A stretch of 64,000 bases of DNA, from positions 1,184,001 through 1,248,000 of the forward strand of contig CBDAOY010000009.1 in the NCBI GenBank assembly GCA_965198225.1. Reading direction: 5' to 3'. Numbering within the stretch: position 1 is the first letter of the stretch; the number at the start of each line of letters is the position of its first letter. Shown here piece after piece: positions 31,050 through 41,803 of the stretch. Below the pieces are notes generated by a model. The model was not told the origin of the DNA. It did no database searches and saw nothing but the letters and a program-made list of their open reading frames with translations. The stretch comes from Terriglobia bacterium. GTDB lineage: Bacteria; Acidobacteriota; Terriglobia; 20CM-2-55-15. Position numbers and translations under genes: made by a program.

Positions 31050-31239
31050 GTAGTTGAGATTGTAGCACTGCCTTGTTTTCACAACGCGGAGGGGCCGTGA
31101 GAGAGCCAATGTGAGGGGGACAGGGGCCTGGCACTGTTCCCGGGTTTTTGCTAAGCAGAAAAGTCAGAGAAGGCAAATGCGGGTGTCGGCTAGGTAGAAA
31201 GTGTGACGGGCCAACCCGGCCCCCCGTTCAGATTCTTCC

Positions 31240-32343
31240 TCAATCCACGGTCGAGTCCAGAACCTCCAGGACTCTTTCCAGACCCTTTTCCAGGTAGTCC
31301 CGGGGTGGCCCGAAGCCCAGCCGCAAGTAGCCGTCGAGCATGAACTGCTGGCCGGGCACGATCAGCGTCGATTTCTCGTCCTTCAGGCGGCGGGCGAGTT
31401 TGTAGGATTCGATCGGGTGCTTGTAGCGGATCATCGCGATTGCGGCTGCCTTAGGCTTCACGAACTCGAACATCCCGGGCCGCAGGGACATCCACTCCTC
31501 CACGAAGGGAAGGTTGCGGCCGATGAACTCCTGCGTGCGAGCCCGCAGTTTGTCTCGATTCTCCAGCGCGCGGCAGGCGATCGCGTCGGACAGGATGCAT
31601 GGACCGATGGAGGTGTAGTCTTTGTGTCCCCAGATTTTGGCGATCTGGTCTTCAGGACCGAGAACCCAGCCCAGGCGAGTCCCGGGCATTCCGTAGGCTT
31701 TCGACATGCTGTGTACGACAAGTGCCTTGGGGTAGAGGCCCCACATCGTCGGCGTCCTGTCTTTGGCACGCTCGGCGCCGCGGTAGACTTCGTCGGAGTG
31801 AATCCAACAGCCGACCTTGTCCGCGGCGGCTGCGATCGCTTTGAGGGTTTCCAGCCCGTAGGCGGCGCCGGTCGGATTGTTGGGGTTCGAAATCGAAATG
31901 AGCTTCGTTTTCGACCCCACCTTCGCCGCGATCTCGTCCGGATCCGGATTCCATTCGTTCTCCGCTCTGGTCCACACCGGGATGATTCTCGCGCCGAACG
32001 CCTCGGCGGCGCCGTAGGTTTGCATGTAGTTTGGAAGGACGAACACAGCCTCATCGCCGGGCTCGATCAGACTCGACATCGAGTGAAAATTCGCTTCGCA
32101 ACCGCCGATCGTGGCGACGAAGTTGTCGATCGTCGCGCCGTCGTAGAGCTCGCACGCCAGCTCGCGGAAGCGGATGCTGCCGTTGGTCTGCCCGTAGCCG
32201 AGCCGTTGATTCAGCAGTTCGTCGCCCGAGAAACCCAGCTCTGCCGGGGTGACGGGGTGCACACCGCTTTCGGTAAGGTTGTATTCGACCGTGTTCTCCC
32301 AGGTCGATTGCCACCGTTCCATCTCGAAATCGCGAAACTTCAT
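31240..32343 (-). CDS. PLP-dependent aminotransferase, class I/II
   Basis: NPNNPTG, DEVY and SMSKAYGMPGTRLGW motifs. Confidence 0.93.
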   Translation of the reverse strand: MKFRDFEMERWQSTWENTVEYNLTESGVHPVTPAELGFSGDELLNQRLGYGQTNGSIRFRELACELYDGATIDNFVATIGGCEANFHSMSSLIEPGDEAVFVLPNYMQTYGAAEAFGARIIPVWTRAENEWNPDPDEIAAKVGSKTKLISISNPNNPTGAAYGLETLKAIAAAADKVGCWIHSDEVYRGAERAKDRTPTMWGLYPKALVVHSMSKAYGMPGTRLGWVLGPEDQIAKIWGHKDYTSIGPCILSDAIACRALENRDKLRARTQEFIGRNLPFVEEWMSLRPGMFEFVKPKAAAIAMIRYKHPIESYKLARRLKDEKSTLIVPGQQFMLDGYLRLGFGPPRDYLEKGLERVLEVLDSTVD

Positions 32344-32545
32344 GTAGTCTCCATCACAGAAAAAAAGTCCGACAAGCGTAGCATAGGTCGTGAGAGCGCG
32401 GCCGGACCCGAAAGCGGCGGTAGTGTCCCAGTTTATCCAAACCGAGACACTACCAAAGCGGCCGATGAGACCCTGCGGAGACTTGCAAACCCGGCCAATC
32501 GGGATATGTTACCTTATTGGATTCTTTTGCCTCGTGAGGTGAATC

Positions 32546-33457
32546 ATGCGAAACGTCATCATCATCGGATCTGGCCCGGCGGGCCTGACCGCTGCCGTCT
32601 ACGCCGCCCGGGCGAACCTGGAACCGCTGCTGATAGAGGGCGCCGAGCCAGGAGGACAGTTGACGCTGACGACGATGGTCGAAAACTACCCTGGTTTCCC
32701 GGAAGGCATCATGGGGCCGCAGTTGATGGAAGACATGAAGAAGCAGGCCCGGCGATTCGGTGCCGAGATCATGTCCGGTTACGTCGATAGGGTCGAGCTC
32801 GGAGAGCCGCCGTTCAAGGTCTTCGTGGACGACCAGGAATTCGAAGGGGAGACCGTCATCATCTCCACGGGTTCATCGGCCAAGCTTCTCGGGCTGGGTA
32901 ACGAGCGCCGCTTGATGGGCCACGGTGTCTCCACCTGCGCCACGTGCGACGGCTTCTTCTTCCGCGCAAAGAAGATCGCGGTCGTCGGGGGCGGGGACTC
33001 GGCGATGGAAGAGGCGACGTTCCTGACCAAGTTCGCCACCGATGTTGCGCTGATCCACCGTCGCGACGAGTTTCGGGCTTCGAAGATCATGCAGGACCGT
33101 GCCCTCGCCAACCCGAAGATCAACGTCCGCTACAACACGATCGTCCAGGATGTCCTGGGCGACGAGGCCGTGTCCGGCATCAGGGTCCAGGATTTGAAAG
33201 AGGATACGACGTCGGAACTCGAACTGGACGGGGTGTTCATTGCCATCGGGCACAACCCGAATACCGGCATCTTCGAGGGCCAGATCGACCTGGACGAAAA
33301 AGGTTATGTCCTGACCAAGCCCGATTCAACCGCGACGAATGTGCCCGGCGTCTATGCCTGCGGTGACGTACAGGACCCCGTCTTCAAGCAGGCGGTCACA
33401 GCTGCGGGATCGGGATGTATGGCCGCCATGGAGGCTGAGAAGTTCCTCGAACACTAA
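32546..33457 (+). CDS. trxB: Thioredoxin reductase
   Basis: GSGPAG, CATCDG, GGGDSAMEEA and GD...QAVTAAGSG motifs. Confidence 0.97.
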   Translation: MRNVIIIGSGPAGLTAAVYAARANLEPLLIEGAEPGGQLTLTTMVENYPGFPEGIMGPQLMEDMKKQARRFGAEIMSGYVDRVELGEPPFKVFVDDQEFEGETVIISTGSSAKLLGLGNERRLMGHGVSTCATCDGFFFRAKKIAVVGGGDSAMEEATFLTKFATDVALIHRRDEFRASKIMQDRALANPKINVRYNTIVQDVLGDEAVSGIRVQDLKEDTTSELELDGVFIAIGHNPNTGIFEGQIDLDEKGYVLTKPDSTATNVPGVYACGDVQDPVFKQAVTAAGSGCMAAMEAEKFLEH

Positions 33458-33856
33458 ATGGAACAGGAAGAACGCATCTTTAGCCGCGACGAAGCCAACC
33501 AGATGTTGCCGCGACTCCGGCCGCTGCTCGCTGAGCTGCGGGGGGAATGGCTCCGGATCCAGGAGCTGAACCCGGAGATCCAGAAGCTGCGCGAGAAGAT
33601 CTCGATGGATGCCTACAGCCCCCACGGCGTCGAGTATGTCGAGCTGGTTTCTCGCCTGACCCTCCTCATGGAGCAGATCCGCGACCTGGGCGTTTTCGTC
33701 AAGGACGTCGACAAGGGGTTGTGCGATTTTCCCTACCGGATGAAGGATCGCATCGTCTACCTATGCTGGCAGGTGGGAGAGGACTCCATCGAGTACTGGC
33801 ATGACATCGAAGCCGGGTTCGCCGGCCGCGAACCGCTGCGCGACGAGGATTGTTGA
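33458..33856 (+). CDS. DUF2203-family protein
   Basis: FSRDEANQMLP...KDVDKGLCDFP...YLCWQVGE...YWH...GFAGR. Confidence 0.88.
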   Translation: MEQEERIFSRDEANQMLPRLRPLLAELRGEWLRIQELNPEIQKLREKISMDAYSPHGVEYVELVSRLTLLMEQIRDLGVFVKDVDKGLCDFPYRMKDRIVYLCWQVGEDSIEYWHDIEAGFAGREPLRDEDC

Positions 33857-33899
33857 GACTGAACCCCGATTTCGTTCTGTTGAACGCCGATTGCTTTCC

Positions 33900-34271
33900 A
33901 TGAGTTCAACGCCAGACAAGATCTGCATTTCCGGTATCGATTGCGTCGCCGCCATCGGAGTGACCCCGGAGGAGCGCACCATGAAACAGCGCCTTTCCGT
34001 CGATGTCGAGTTGATGACCGACATCCGGAAGGCGGCCGGGAGCGACCGGCTCAAGGACGCGTTGGACTACTCAAAGATCGTGGCGGACGTCGTGGCGATC
34101 GCGGCAAGCCGGGACTTTCATCTGATCGAAACAGTGGCCGAAGAAATCGCGGCCCGGGTGCTGTCCGATTTCGATACAGACAGCGTCCGCGTCGTCGTAC
34201 GGAAAACGACTCCGGTCATGGCCAGCCGCGTCAATTTTGTGTCAGTCGAAATCGAACGTAGCAAGGTCTGA
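33900..34271 (+). CDS. folB: Dihydroneopterin aldolase
   Basis: DKI.ISGI...IGVTPEER...Q...SDRL...LDYS...LIETVAE...K...VEIER. Confidence 0.92.
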   Translation: MSSTPDKICISGIDCVAAIGVTPEERTMKQRLSVDVELMTDIRKAAGSDRLKDALDYSKIVADVVAIAASRDFHLIETVAEEIAARVLSDFDTDSVRVVVRKTTPVMASRVNFVSVEIERSKV

Positions 34272-34547
34272 CACAAAAGAGGCTAAATAATTCGGAAGAA
34301 AACACTTCTCAGAATATTTCTGTTGAAGACTCTGAAAAATCTGCGCTATGCTACGGGCGCTTTATGACACTCTGGCAAAGTGTATCTGCCGGGGTTTTCT
34401 TGGGTTTAATTCTTTAGAGTTACTCCACAGCGCCCGCGAGGTTCAGCGGCCAGCGGCCGATCAGGCCGCGGCGCAGAGAGAACGCTCCTTTTCCACAAGA
34501 AGCAACACAGGCAACAGGAAAAGGCACAACTGTACTAGGAGGCACTT

Positions 34548-36689
34548 TTGGCTACCTTGAATCAGGCGACGGTTTCGAACGGAACCGACGGTCGCGAGCA
34601 GTTTAAGGTTCCGATCGGTAAGCGTGCGATGAAGTTTGTTGACGCCGCTGTGTGCTACAGCGCGGGCGTCGCCTTCGACACGATTCAATACTTCAACAAA
34701 TACAATCCGACCCCTGCTTTCACGCCAAAGTGGTCGGAGAAGCCACTCCAGAAGTCCTGGCAGAAGACTAAGCCGACGCTCGGCTGGCCCCGGGAGACCG
34801 ACTCGCTGTGTCCGAAGTGTGTCACCGAAGCTCGGGCCGCCATCATCAACGGCGAGCAGGATTGGACGACGCTGCTGCACGAGAAGGTCGGTGAGGTGAA
34901 AGCCGACATCATCGAGCGAGACGGCCAGGTGTGGATGGTCAAGGATTGTCCCCAGCACGGCAAGACCGAAGACCTCATGGCGATCGATGTCCGGTTCCTC
35001 GAGTGGATCGAGAAGAACTTCCCCGGACGCGACATCCCGGCCCACAACGACGAAACTCTGCACAACCACGGCAGCAGCACGGTCAAGCATGGGCGCGGCA
35101 GCGTGTTGACGGTCGATCTGACGAACCGCTGCAACATGATGTGTGATCCGTGCTTCATGGATGCCAATCAGGTGGGGTACGTCCACGAACTGACCTGGGA
35201 CGACATCAAAGAGATCATGGACAACGCGATGCAGATCAAGCCGCGGCGCCAGATGTCGATCCAGTTCTCCGGCGGCGAGCCCACGATGTCTCCCTTCTTC
35301 CTGGATGCGGTGGCGTACGCCAGGAAACTCGGCTTTGCCAGCACTCAGGCGGCGACGAATGGTATCGAGTTCGCCAAGAGTGGGGAGTTCGCCAAGAAAG
35401 CGTATAAAGCCGGTCTCCGTTACGCCTACCTGCAGTTCGACGGAATTGGCAACGACGCCAACAGCCATCGGCAAGTCGGAAACCTGTTCGATGTGAAACT
35501 GCGCGCGATCAATAACCTGCACGCCGCGGGCGTCGAGATCATACTCGTCGTCACGCTCGTTAACGGCGTCAACAACGATCAGGTGGGTTCGATCCTGCGG
35601 TTTGCGATGGACAACCCGAAGAAGATCGCGTTCATCGCGTTCCAGCCGGTTTCCTTCACGGGCCGCGACGAAGAAATCACGCCGGAACGACGCTTGCGGC
35701 AGCGCTACACGTTGTCGCATCTGGCCCACGATGTGAAGCAGCAGGTCGGCATCACCGAGCCGACTCGCGACTGGTTCCCCCTTTCTTTGATGGGCGCTTT
35801 CGCCGATTTTGCCGACCTCTCACATGGTCCGGGTCGGGAATGGGGTCAGGTCAGCTGCGGATGCCATCCCAACTGTGGCGTCGGCACTGCGCTGATGATC
35901 AACAAGGAAACCAAGGAAATGGTCCCGGTGCCGGAGTTCCTGAGCATCCCGGGTCTCGTTGACGACATGCGGAAAGTCACCGACGCGGGACGCACCAAGT
36001 GGGTCTCGAACGCCATGATGGGACTGGCGCTGCTGAAGAACTACAACCCGCACCGGGCGCCGAGCACGATGACCTTGGCGGACCTGTTCAAGAAGTTCGA
36101 CAAATCATTCGGCTTGACGGGCAAGAGCTACGGCAAGATTACCAGCGATCGGAGCTTGCAGGACACGCAGCAGCGGCGGGCCGACCCGTGGAACTTCCTC
36201 TTTGTTGCCGGGATGTGGTTCCAGGATCTGTTCAACTATGATTTCCGCCGGACCGAGATGTGCATCATTCCCTATGCGACACAGATGGGTGAGATTTCTT
36301 TCTGTGCCTACAACACGGGCATCGGCTGGCGGAACATTATCGAGAACATGTTCAAGACCCACACCGTTGCCGAGTGGCACCGCGAGAACGGCAAACACGG
36401 CGTCTACGCGGCCGGCAAGGAAGTCGAACTGGAGACGACCGAGCACAGCCTGGTGATCCGGGCCGAGGATGCCGACCGCGTCCGCAACCGCGGTGAACTT
36501 CCGCTGACGGCATCCGACGAAGGGAAAATGGCTCGGAAGCGCCAGCGCGAAGCGGAGAAAGCGCAGGAGATCTACGAAGAGATGGTCCTCGGCAAGAAGA
36601 AGAGCAAGGTGGACCTGATCAAACTCGAAGTGTTTTCCCGACGCGAGGATGAGAAGGAGAAGGAAATGTCGGCGGCGGCCGGCGATTGA
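34548..36689 (+). CDS. tes: Radical SAM enzyme, bacterial homolog of tetraether lipid synthase (Tes/GDGT-MAS)
   Basis: SLCPKC...KDCPQHG N-terminal metal site, DLTNRCNMMCDPCF, QFSGGEPT, YLQFDG, FQPVSFTGR, CHPNCG and FQDLFNYD...C...FCAYN motifs; AGGAGG before the TTG start. Confidence 0.85.
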   Translation: MATLNQATVSNGTDGREQFKVPIGKRAMKFVDAAVCYSAGVAFDTIQYFNKYNPTPAFTPKWSEKPLQKSWQKTKPTLGWPRETDSLCPKCVTEARAAIINGEQDWTTLLHEKVGEVKADIIERDGQVWMVKDCPQHGKTEDLMAIDVRFLEWIEKNFPGRDIPAHNDETLHNHGSSTVKHGRGSVLTVDLTNRCNMMCDPCFMDANQVGYVHELTWDDIKEIMDNAMQIKPRRQMSIQFSGGEPTMSPFFLDAVAYARKLGFASTQAATNGIEFAKSGEFAKKAYKAGLRYAYLQFDGIGNDANSHRQVGNLFDVKLRAINNLHAAGVEIILVVTLVNGVNNDQVGSILRFAMDNPKKIAFIAFQPVSFTGRDEEITPERRLRQRYTLSHLAHDVKQQVGITEPTRDWFPLSLMGAFADFADLSHGPGREWGQVSCGCHPNCGVGTALMINKETKEMVPVPEFLSIPGLVDDMRKVTDAGRTKWVSNAMMGLALLKNYNPHRAPSTMTLADLFKKFDKSFGLTGKSYGKITSDRSLQDTQQRRADPWNFLFVAGMWFQDLFNYDFRRTEMCIIPYATQMGEISFCAYNTGIGWRNIIENMFKTHTVAEWHRENGKHGVYAAGKEVELETTEHSLVIRAEDADRVRNRGELPLTASDEGKMARKRQREAEKAQEIYEEMVLGKKKSKVDLIKLEVFSRREDEKEKEMSAAAGD

Positions 36690-36716
36690 GGCCCACGCGA
36701 TAGCTATTCCTTAACG

Positions 36717-36746
36717 AGGGCGGCCCACACGGGCCGCCCTTCTTTT
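36717..36746 (+). terminator. Rho-independent terminator
   Basis: AGGGCGGCCC-acac-GGGCCGCCCT followed by TCTTTT. Confidence 0.85.
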
Positions 36747-36781
36747 GATTGAGGCACTAGTCGCGGGATTTTATTTTGCGT

Positions 36782-36976
36782 TGTCCGTAGGCCGTTGTGG
36801 TTTCGCTTTGCGAAGTTTGGCTGGTGACTGGCGAGGGAGAGTCGCACGGAGAAAAGAGACATGTGTCGCCAGTCACGAACCAATCCTCGCGCCGTAACAA
36901 CTCAACGGCCTACTGGCCTCGCCTCGCCGGTCACCCATGATTTGTCGTTGAGCGAAACCGCAACGGCCTACGGACA
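36782..36976. repeat. MITE-like element with 25-bp terminal inverted repeats
   Basis: TGTCCGTAGGCCGTTG(T/C)GGTTTCGC at both ends; internal GTGACTGGCGA/TCGCCAGTCAC stem. Confidence 0.7.
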
Positions 36977-37042
36977 GTCAAAGCGGTCCATTGCGTCTTT
37001 GCGGTGAAAATATCTCTTCGCGGGGCGTGGTTCGTATGGCCC

Positions 37043-37552
37043 CTACAGGCCGAGGGTTTTCTTTCCCTCTTCGGAGATCCGTTGGGGGGTCCAGGGCGGG
37101 TCCCACACGATCTCGACCTTGGGAGTGGGGAAGCCGGCGGCTTCGAGCTTCGTCTGGACATCGCTGCTGATCGCTCCGCTGGAGGGGCAGCCCGGCGCGG
37201 TCAAAGACATCTTCACGTTGGTGGTGTCTTCTCGCGAGTCGACCTCGTAGATAAGGCCCAGGTCGACGATGTTCAAGGGGATCTCCGGGTCGTAGCATTC
37301 CTTGAGCACTTCCATGATGAGTTCCTTGTCACTCAGGTGCGCAAGCCCCGGATCTCGTGACTGCTCTACCAGTTTCGCGAGCGACGGTTCTTCCTCGGAA
37401 GACACTCCCGAAGGCGGTATCGGTTGCTGGGCGAGGTCGACCTCCGGTTCTTCGGCGGCGAAAGACGCGGTCACACTCGCCTGTCTTCGGTTGGCGTAGA
37501 TCAGACCGATGACGATCACGAGCGGGACGATGATGAGCAGGTATGTGAGCAA
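37043..37552 (-). CDS. SufT/PaaD-like (DUF59) Fe-S assembly factor with N-terminal membrane anchor
   Basis: YDPEIPLNIVDLGLIY, LTAPGCP and WDPPW motifs; hydrophobic N-terminus. Confidence 0.9.
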   Translation of the reverse strand: MLTYLLIIVPLVIVIGLIYANRRQASVTASFAAEEPEVDLAQQPIPPSGVSSEEEPSLAKLVEQSRDPGLAHLSDKELIMEVLKECYDPEIPLNIVDLGLIYEVDSREDTTNVKMSLTAPGCPSSGAISSDVQTKLEAAGFPTPKVEIVWDPPWTPQRISEEGKKTLGL

Positions 37553-37730
37553 ATTCCCTCCGGACGTGTCCGACCCCTTCCTAAGGGAGGGATCTCAAGC
37601 CAACTGTTACGTATCGAACGACGTTTGTCAACTCGGCCAACCTCGTGATTCAAGTTGAAATTGCTACTTCATGGGTCCCGAACCACGCCCGAAACCCTCC
37701 CTCCTCTTGAGCCCATCGTTCCGGGAATTT

Positions 37731-37739
37731 TGCTATAAT
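37731..37739 (+). promoter_or_regulatory. Extended -10 promoter element
   Basis: TGCTATAAT about 50 bp upstream of yjbQ. Confidence 0.55.
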
Positions 37740-37791
37740 GCGCTGTTGGCCAGCAACAAGCGAGTAACCTTAAGAGGAGAGGTTAAGACAT

Positions 37792-38289
37792 ATGGCTTCC
37801 GTCCCCGTGAAAGCTCTGGACCAGCCCGCCTTAGAAATCGCATCAGGGCCATATAGAGTTGCCAGCACGACCATGAAGGTCCAAACCGAGGATCGGGTGG
37901 AACTGCACGACCTGACCCAGAAAGTCCAGGACTTAGTCCGTTCTTCGGGAGTGCGTGCCGGACAGGTGATCGTTGCGTCCATGCACACAACGAGCGCTAT
38001 ATTCATCAACGAATGGCAGGACGCGTTGCTGTTCGACATTCGAAACCACATCGAGAGCACCGTGAACCGGGAAGGCTACTACCGACACAACGACCCCGAA
38101 TGGTCCGACTGCGATCGGAACAACGCGGATTCCCACCTCAGGACACTCGCGCTCGGGACCCAGGTGACGCTGCCCGTCGCGGACGGGGACGTGGTTCTCG
38201 GAGAGTTTCAGAGTGTGATCATGGGAGAACTCGACGGACCCCGCGAGAGGATCATCCGACTCCAGGTCATGGGAATCGGGGACGGATAA
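37792..38289 (+). CDS. yjbQ: YjbQ/UPF0047 protein (secondary thiamine-phosphate synthase family)
   Basis: HTTSAIFINE, NADSHL and LGEFQ...ELDGPRER motifs. Confidence 0.9.
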   Translation: MASVPVKALDQPALEIASGPYRVASTTMKVQTEDRVELHDLTQKVQDLVRSSGVRAGQVIVASMHTTSAIFINEWQDALLFDIRNHIESTVNREGYYRHNDPEWSDCDRNNADSHLRTLALGTQVTLPVADGDVVLGEFQSVIMGELDGPRERIIRLQVMGIGDG

Positions 38290-38313
38290 AGGGGTCGAGG
38301 AGGAGAGGGCAAG

Positions 38314-38661
38314 ATGACAACTTCAGTGACGAAGACAATTTCGATGACCAGTCAGGCAGAGGAAAAGGTCAAGCAGATACTCGCCGAGCAATCGGAAACG
38401 TTCGCGGGTTTGCGGATCCAGGTCGTCGGTGGCGGGTGTTCCGGGTATCAGTACCGGATGGGCTTCGACAAGAGTTTCAACGAAGAGACAGACGAGATCT
38501 TTGATTTCGACGGATTCCAAGTAGGAGTCGACCGCTCGAGCCTGCTGCATATGGAAGGAGCAGAAGTCGATTATGTCGAAGGGCTCCACGGGGCCGGGTT
38601 CAAGTTCAACAATCCGAACGTGACGGGGACCTGCGGTTGCGGAGAGTCGTTCAGCACCTAG
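38314..38661 (+). CDS. A-type Fe-S carrier (HesB/IscA/ErpA family)
   Basis: GGGCSGYQY and NPN...TCGCGESF motifs. Confidence 0.95.
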   Translation: MTTSVTKTISMTSQAEEKVKQILAEQSETFAGLRIQVVGGGCSGYQYRMGFDKSFNEETDEIFDFDGFQVGVDRSSLLHMEGAEVDYVEGLHGAGFKFNNPNVTGTCGCGESFST

Positions 38662-38681
38662 GGCAAGTTGTTGGTACAACA

Positions 38682-38724
38682 GGGCTTCGCGTGAGAGAAC
38701 TTCCCCGCGAGGCCTTTTGTTTCC
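38682..38724 (+). terminator. Probable Rho-independent terminator
   Basis: GGCTTCGCG...CGCGAGGCC followed by TTTTGTTT. Confidence 0.55.
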
Positions 38725-38795
38725 TGCGCCGCGCGAAGACAAATTGACCCTTGTCTTCGCCGGGGAATCGAGCAATCATCGCTACTATCAAGATA

Positions 38796-40844
<2,049 letters not shown>

Positions 40845-40847
40845 CCT

Positions 40848-40872
40848 GTGTAGGTGCGGTCTATGACCGCAC
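40848..40872 (+). repeat. Single REP
   Basis: GTGTAGGTGCGGTCTATGACCGCAC. Confidence 0.85.
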
Positions 40873-40880
40873 ATTCGCCT

Positions 40881-41642
40881 TTACACGCAGTACGCGTGCA
40901 TCCAGGTGGGGATTCCCACCGTCACCTTGTAGCCGTTGAAGGGGACCGGTCCTTCTCGTCTTACGGCGTAGATGGGCGTGGAAGTGATCGGGTCCAACAA
41001 CGGATACACCGCCAGTTCGCAATCGCAGCCGCGCGGGCAGTTTGCCATTCCGCACACGAGGCGGGCCATGAAAGCGTACTGCTTCCACCAACGAGTCCAC
41101 GCGGCTTGAACAGCCTGCCGAACCGGTGGACCAAAGATAGTCGAAATGGGAAAACGATTTCGGCTGCTCGCGTAGGTCACCCAATAGAGTGTCGCACGTC
41201 TCATACGGGGACATCCGGGCCCAGGTCGGGGCGCCTGAAAGAAGTGCGGCACCGGGATCATGGGAGGTAGCGGCGCAGCGGCTCCCGGGGCCGGCTCGGG
41301 CTCGCCGGCCGGCGGCGCGCCGGTTCCGGGCGGCGGGGCCGAGCCCGACCCGTCGCTCGCGGGGGTGGACCCACCCGACCCCGGTGGTTCGGGTTCGTCC
41401 GCGTCATCCTGTTCCCGCCTCATGGCGATAGCCCCGATGAAGTCCCCGTCGCCGGAATCACGGAGGATCTTCAGCCCACTTCCCGGAAACTCCAGCATCT
41501 CGATATCGGAGCCCGGCGCCGAGATGTCAGGAGAACCATATTTTTCGGTCAAGAAACGCACGATGGAGGGAAACTCCCCGTCTGGAACGTCGTCGGGCAG
41601 TATGAAGGTTCGCAGGTGATCGATGTAAGGAACGTCGTCCAT
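40881..41642 (-). CDS. Hypothetical protein: acidic N-domain, Pro/Gly linker, Cys-rich C-domain
   Basis: 253-aa ORF filling the thiC-cysE gap; CGMANCPRGCDC motif; no family recognised. Confidence 0.6.
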   Translation of the reverse strand: MDDVPYIDHLRTFILPDDVPDGEFPSIVRFLTEKYGSPDISAPGSDIEMLEFPGSGLKILRDSGDGDFIGAIAMRREQDDADEPEPPGSGGSTPASDGSGSAPPPGTGAPPAGEPEPAPGAAAPLPPMIPVPHFFQAPRPGPGCPRMRRATLYWVTYASSRNRFPISTIFGPPVRQAVQAAWTRWWKQYAFMARLVCGMANCPRGCDCELAVYPLLDPITSTPIYAVRREGPVPFNGYKVTVGIPTWMHAYCV

Positions 41643-41720
41643 GATCCGGAGAGTCTAATCGGGCCGAGCGGAAAACGGAAGGGGTATGGCTAGGCGCCGC
41701 GCCTGACCCCAAGGGGCAAG

Positions 41721-41790
41721 GTGTAGGTGCGGTCTATGACCGCACTTTGTTCTGACCAGCGGTAGGTGCGCTCATAGAGCGCACCTACAC
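41721..41790. repeat. REPIN
   Basis: Inverted REP pair as above. Confidence 0.85.
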
Positions 41791-41803
41791 TGACTACTGA
41801 CTA

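Noticed and set aside
31417-32790. 457-aa plus-strand ORF
   Set aside because: Antisense to the aminotransferase and out of frame with trxB; typical high-GC shadow
34461-35729. 422-aa minus-strand ORF
   Set aside because: Antisense shadow of the tes homolog
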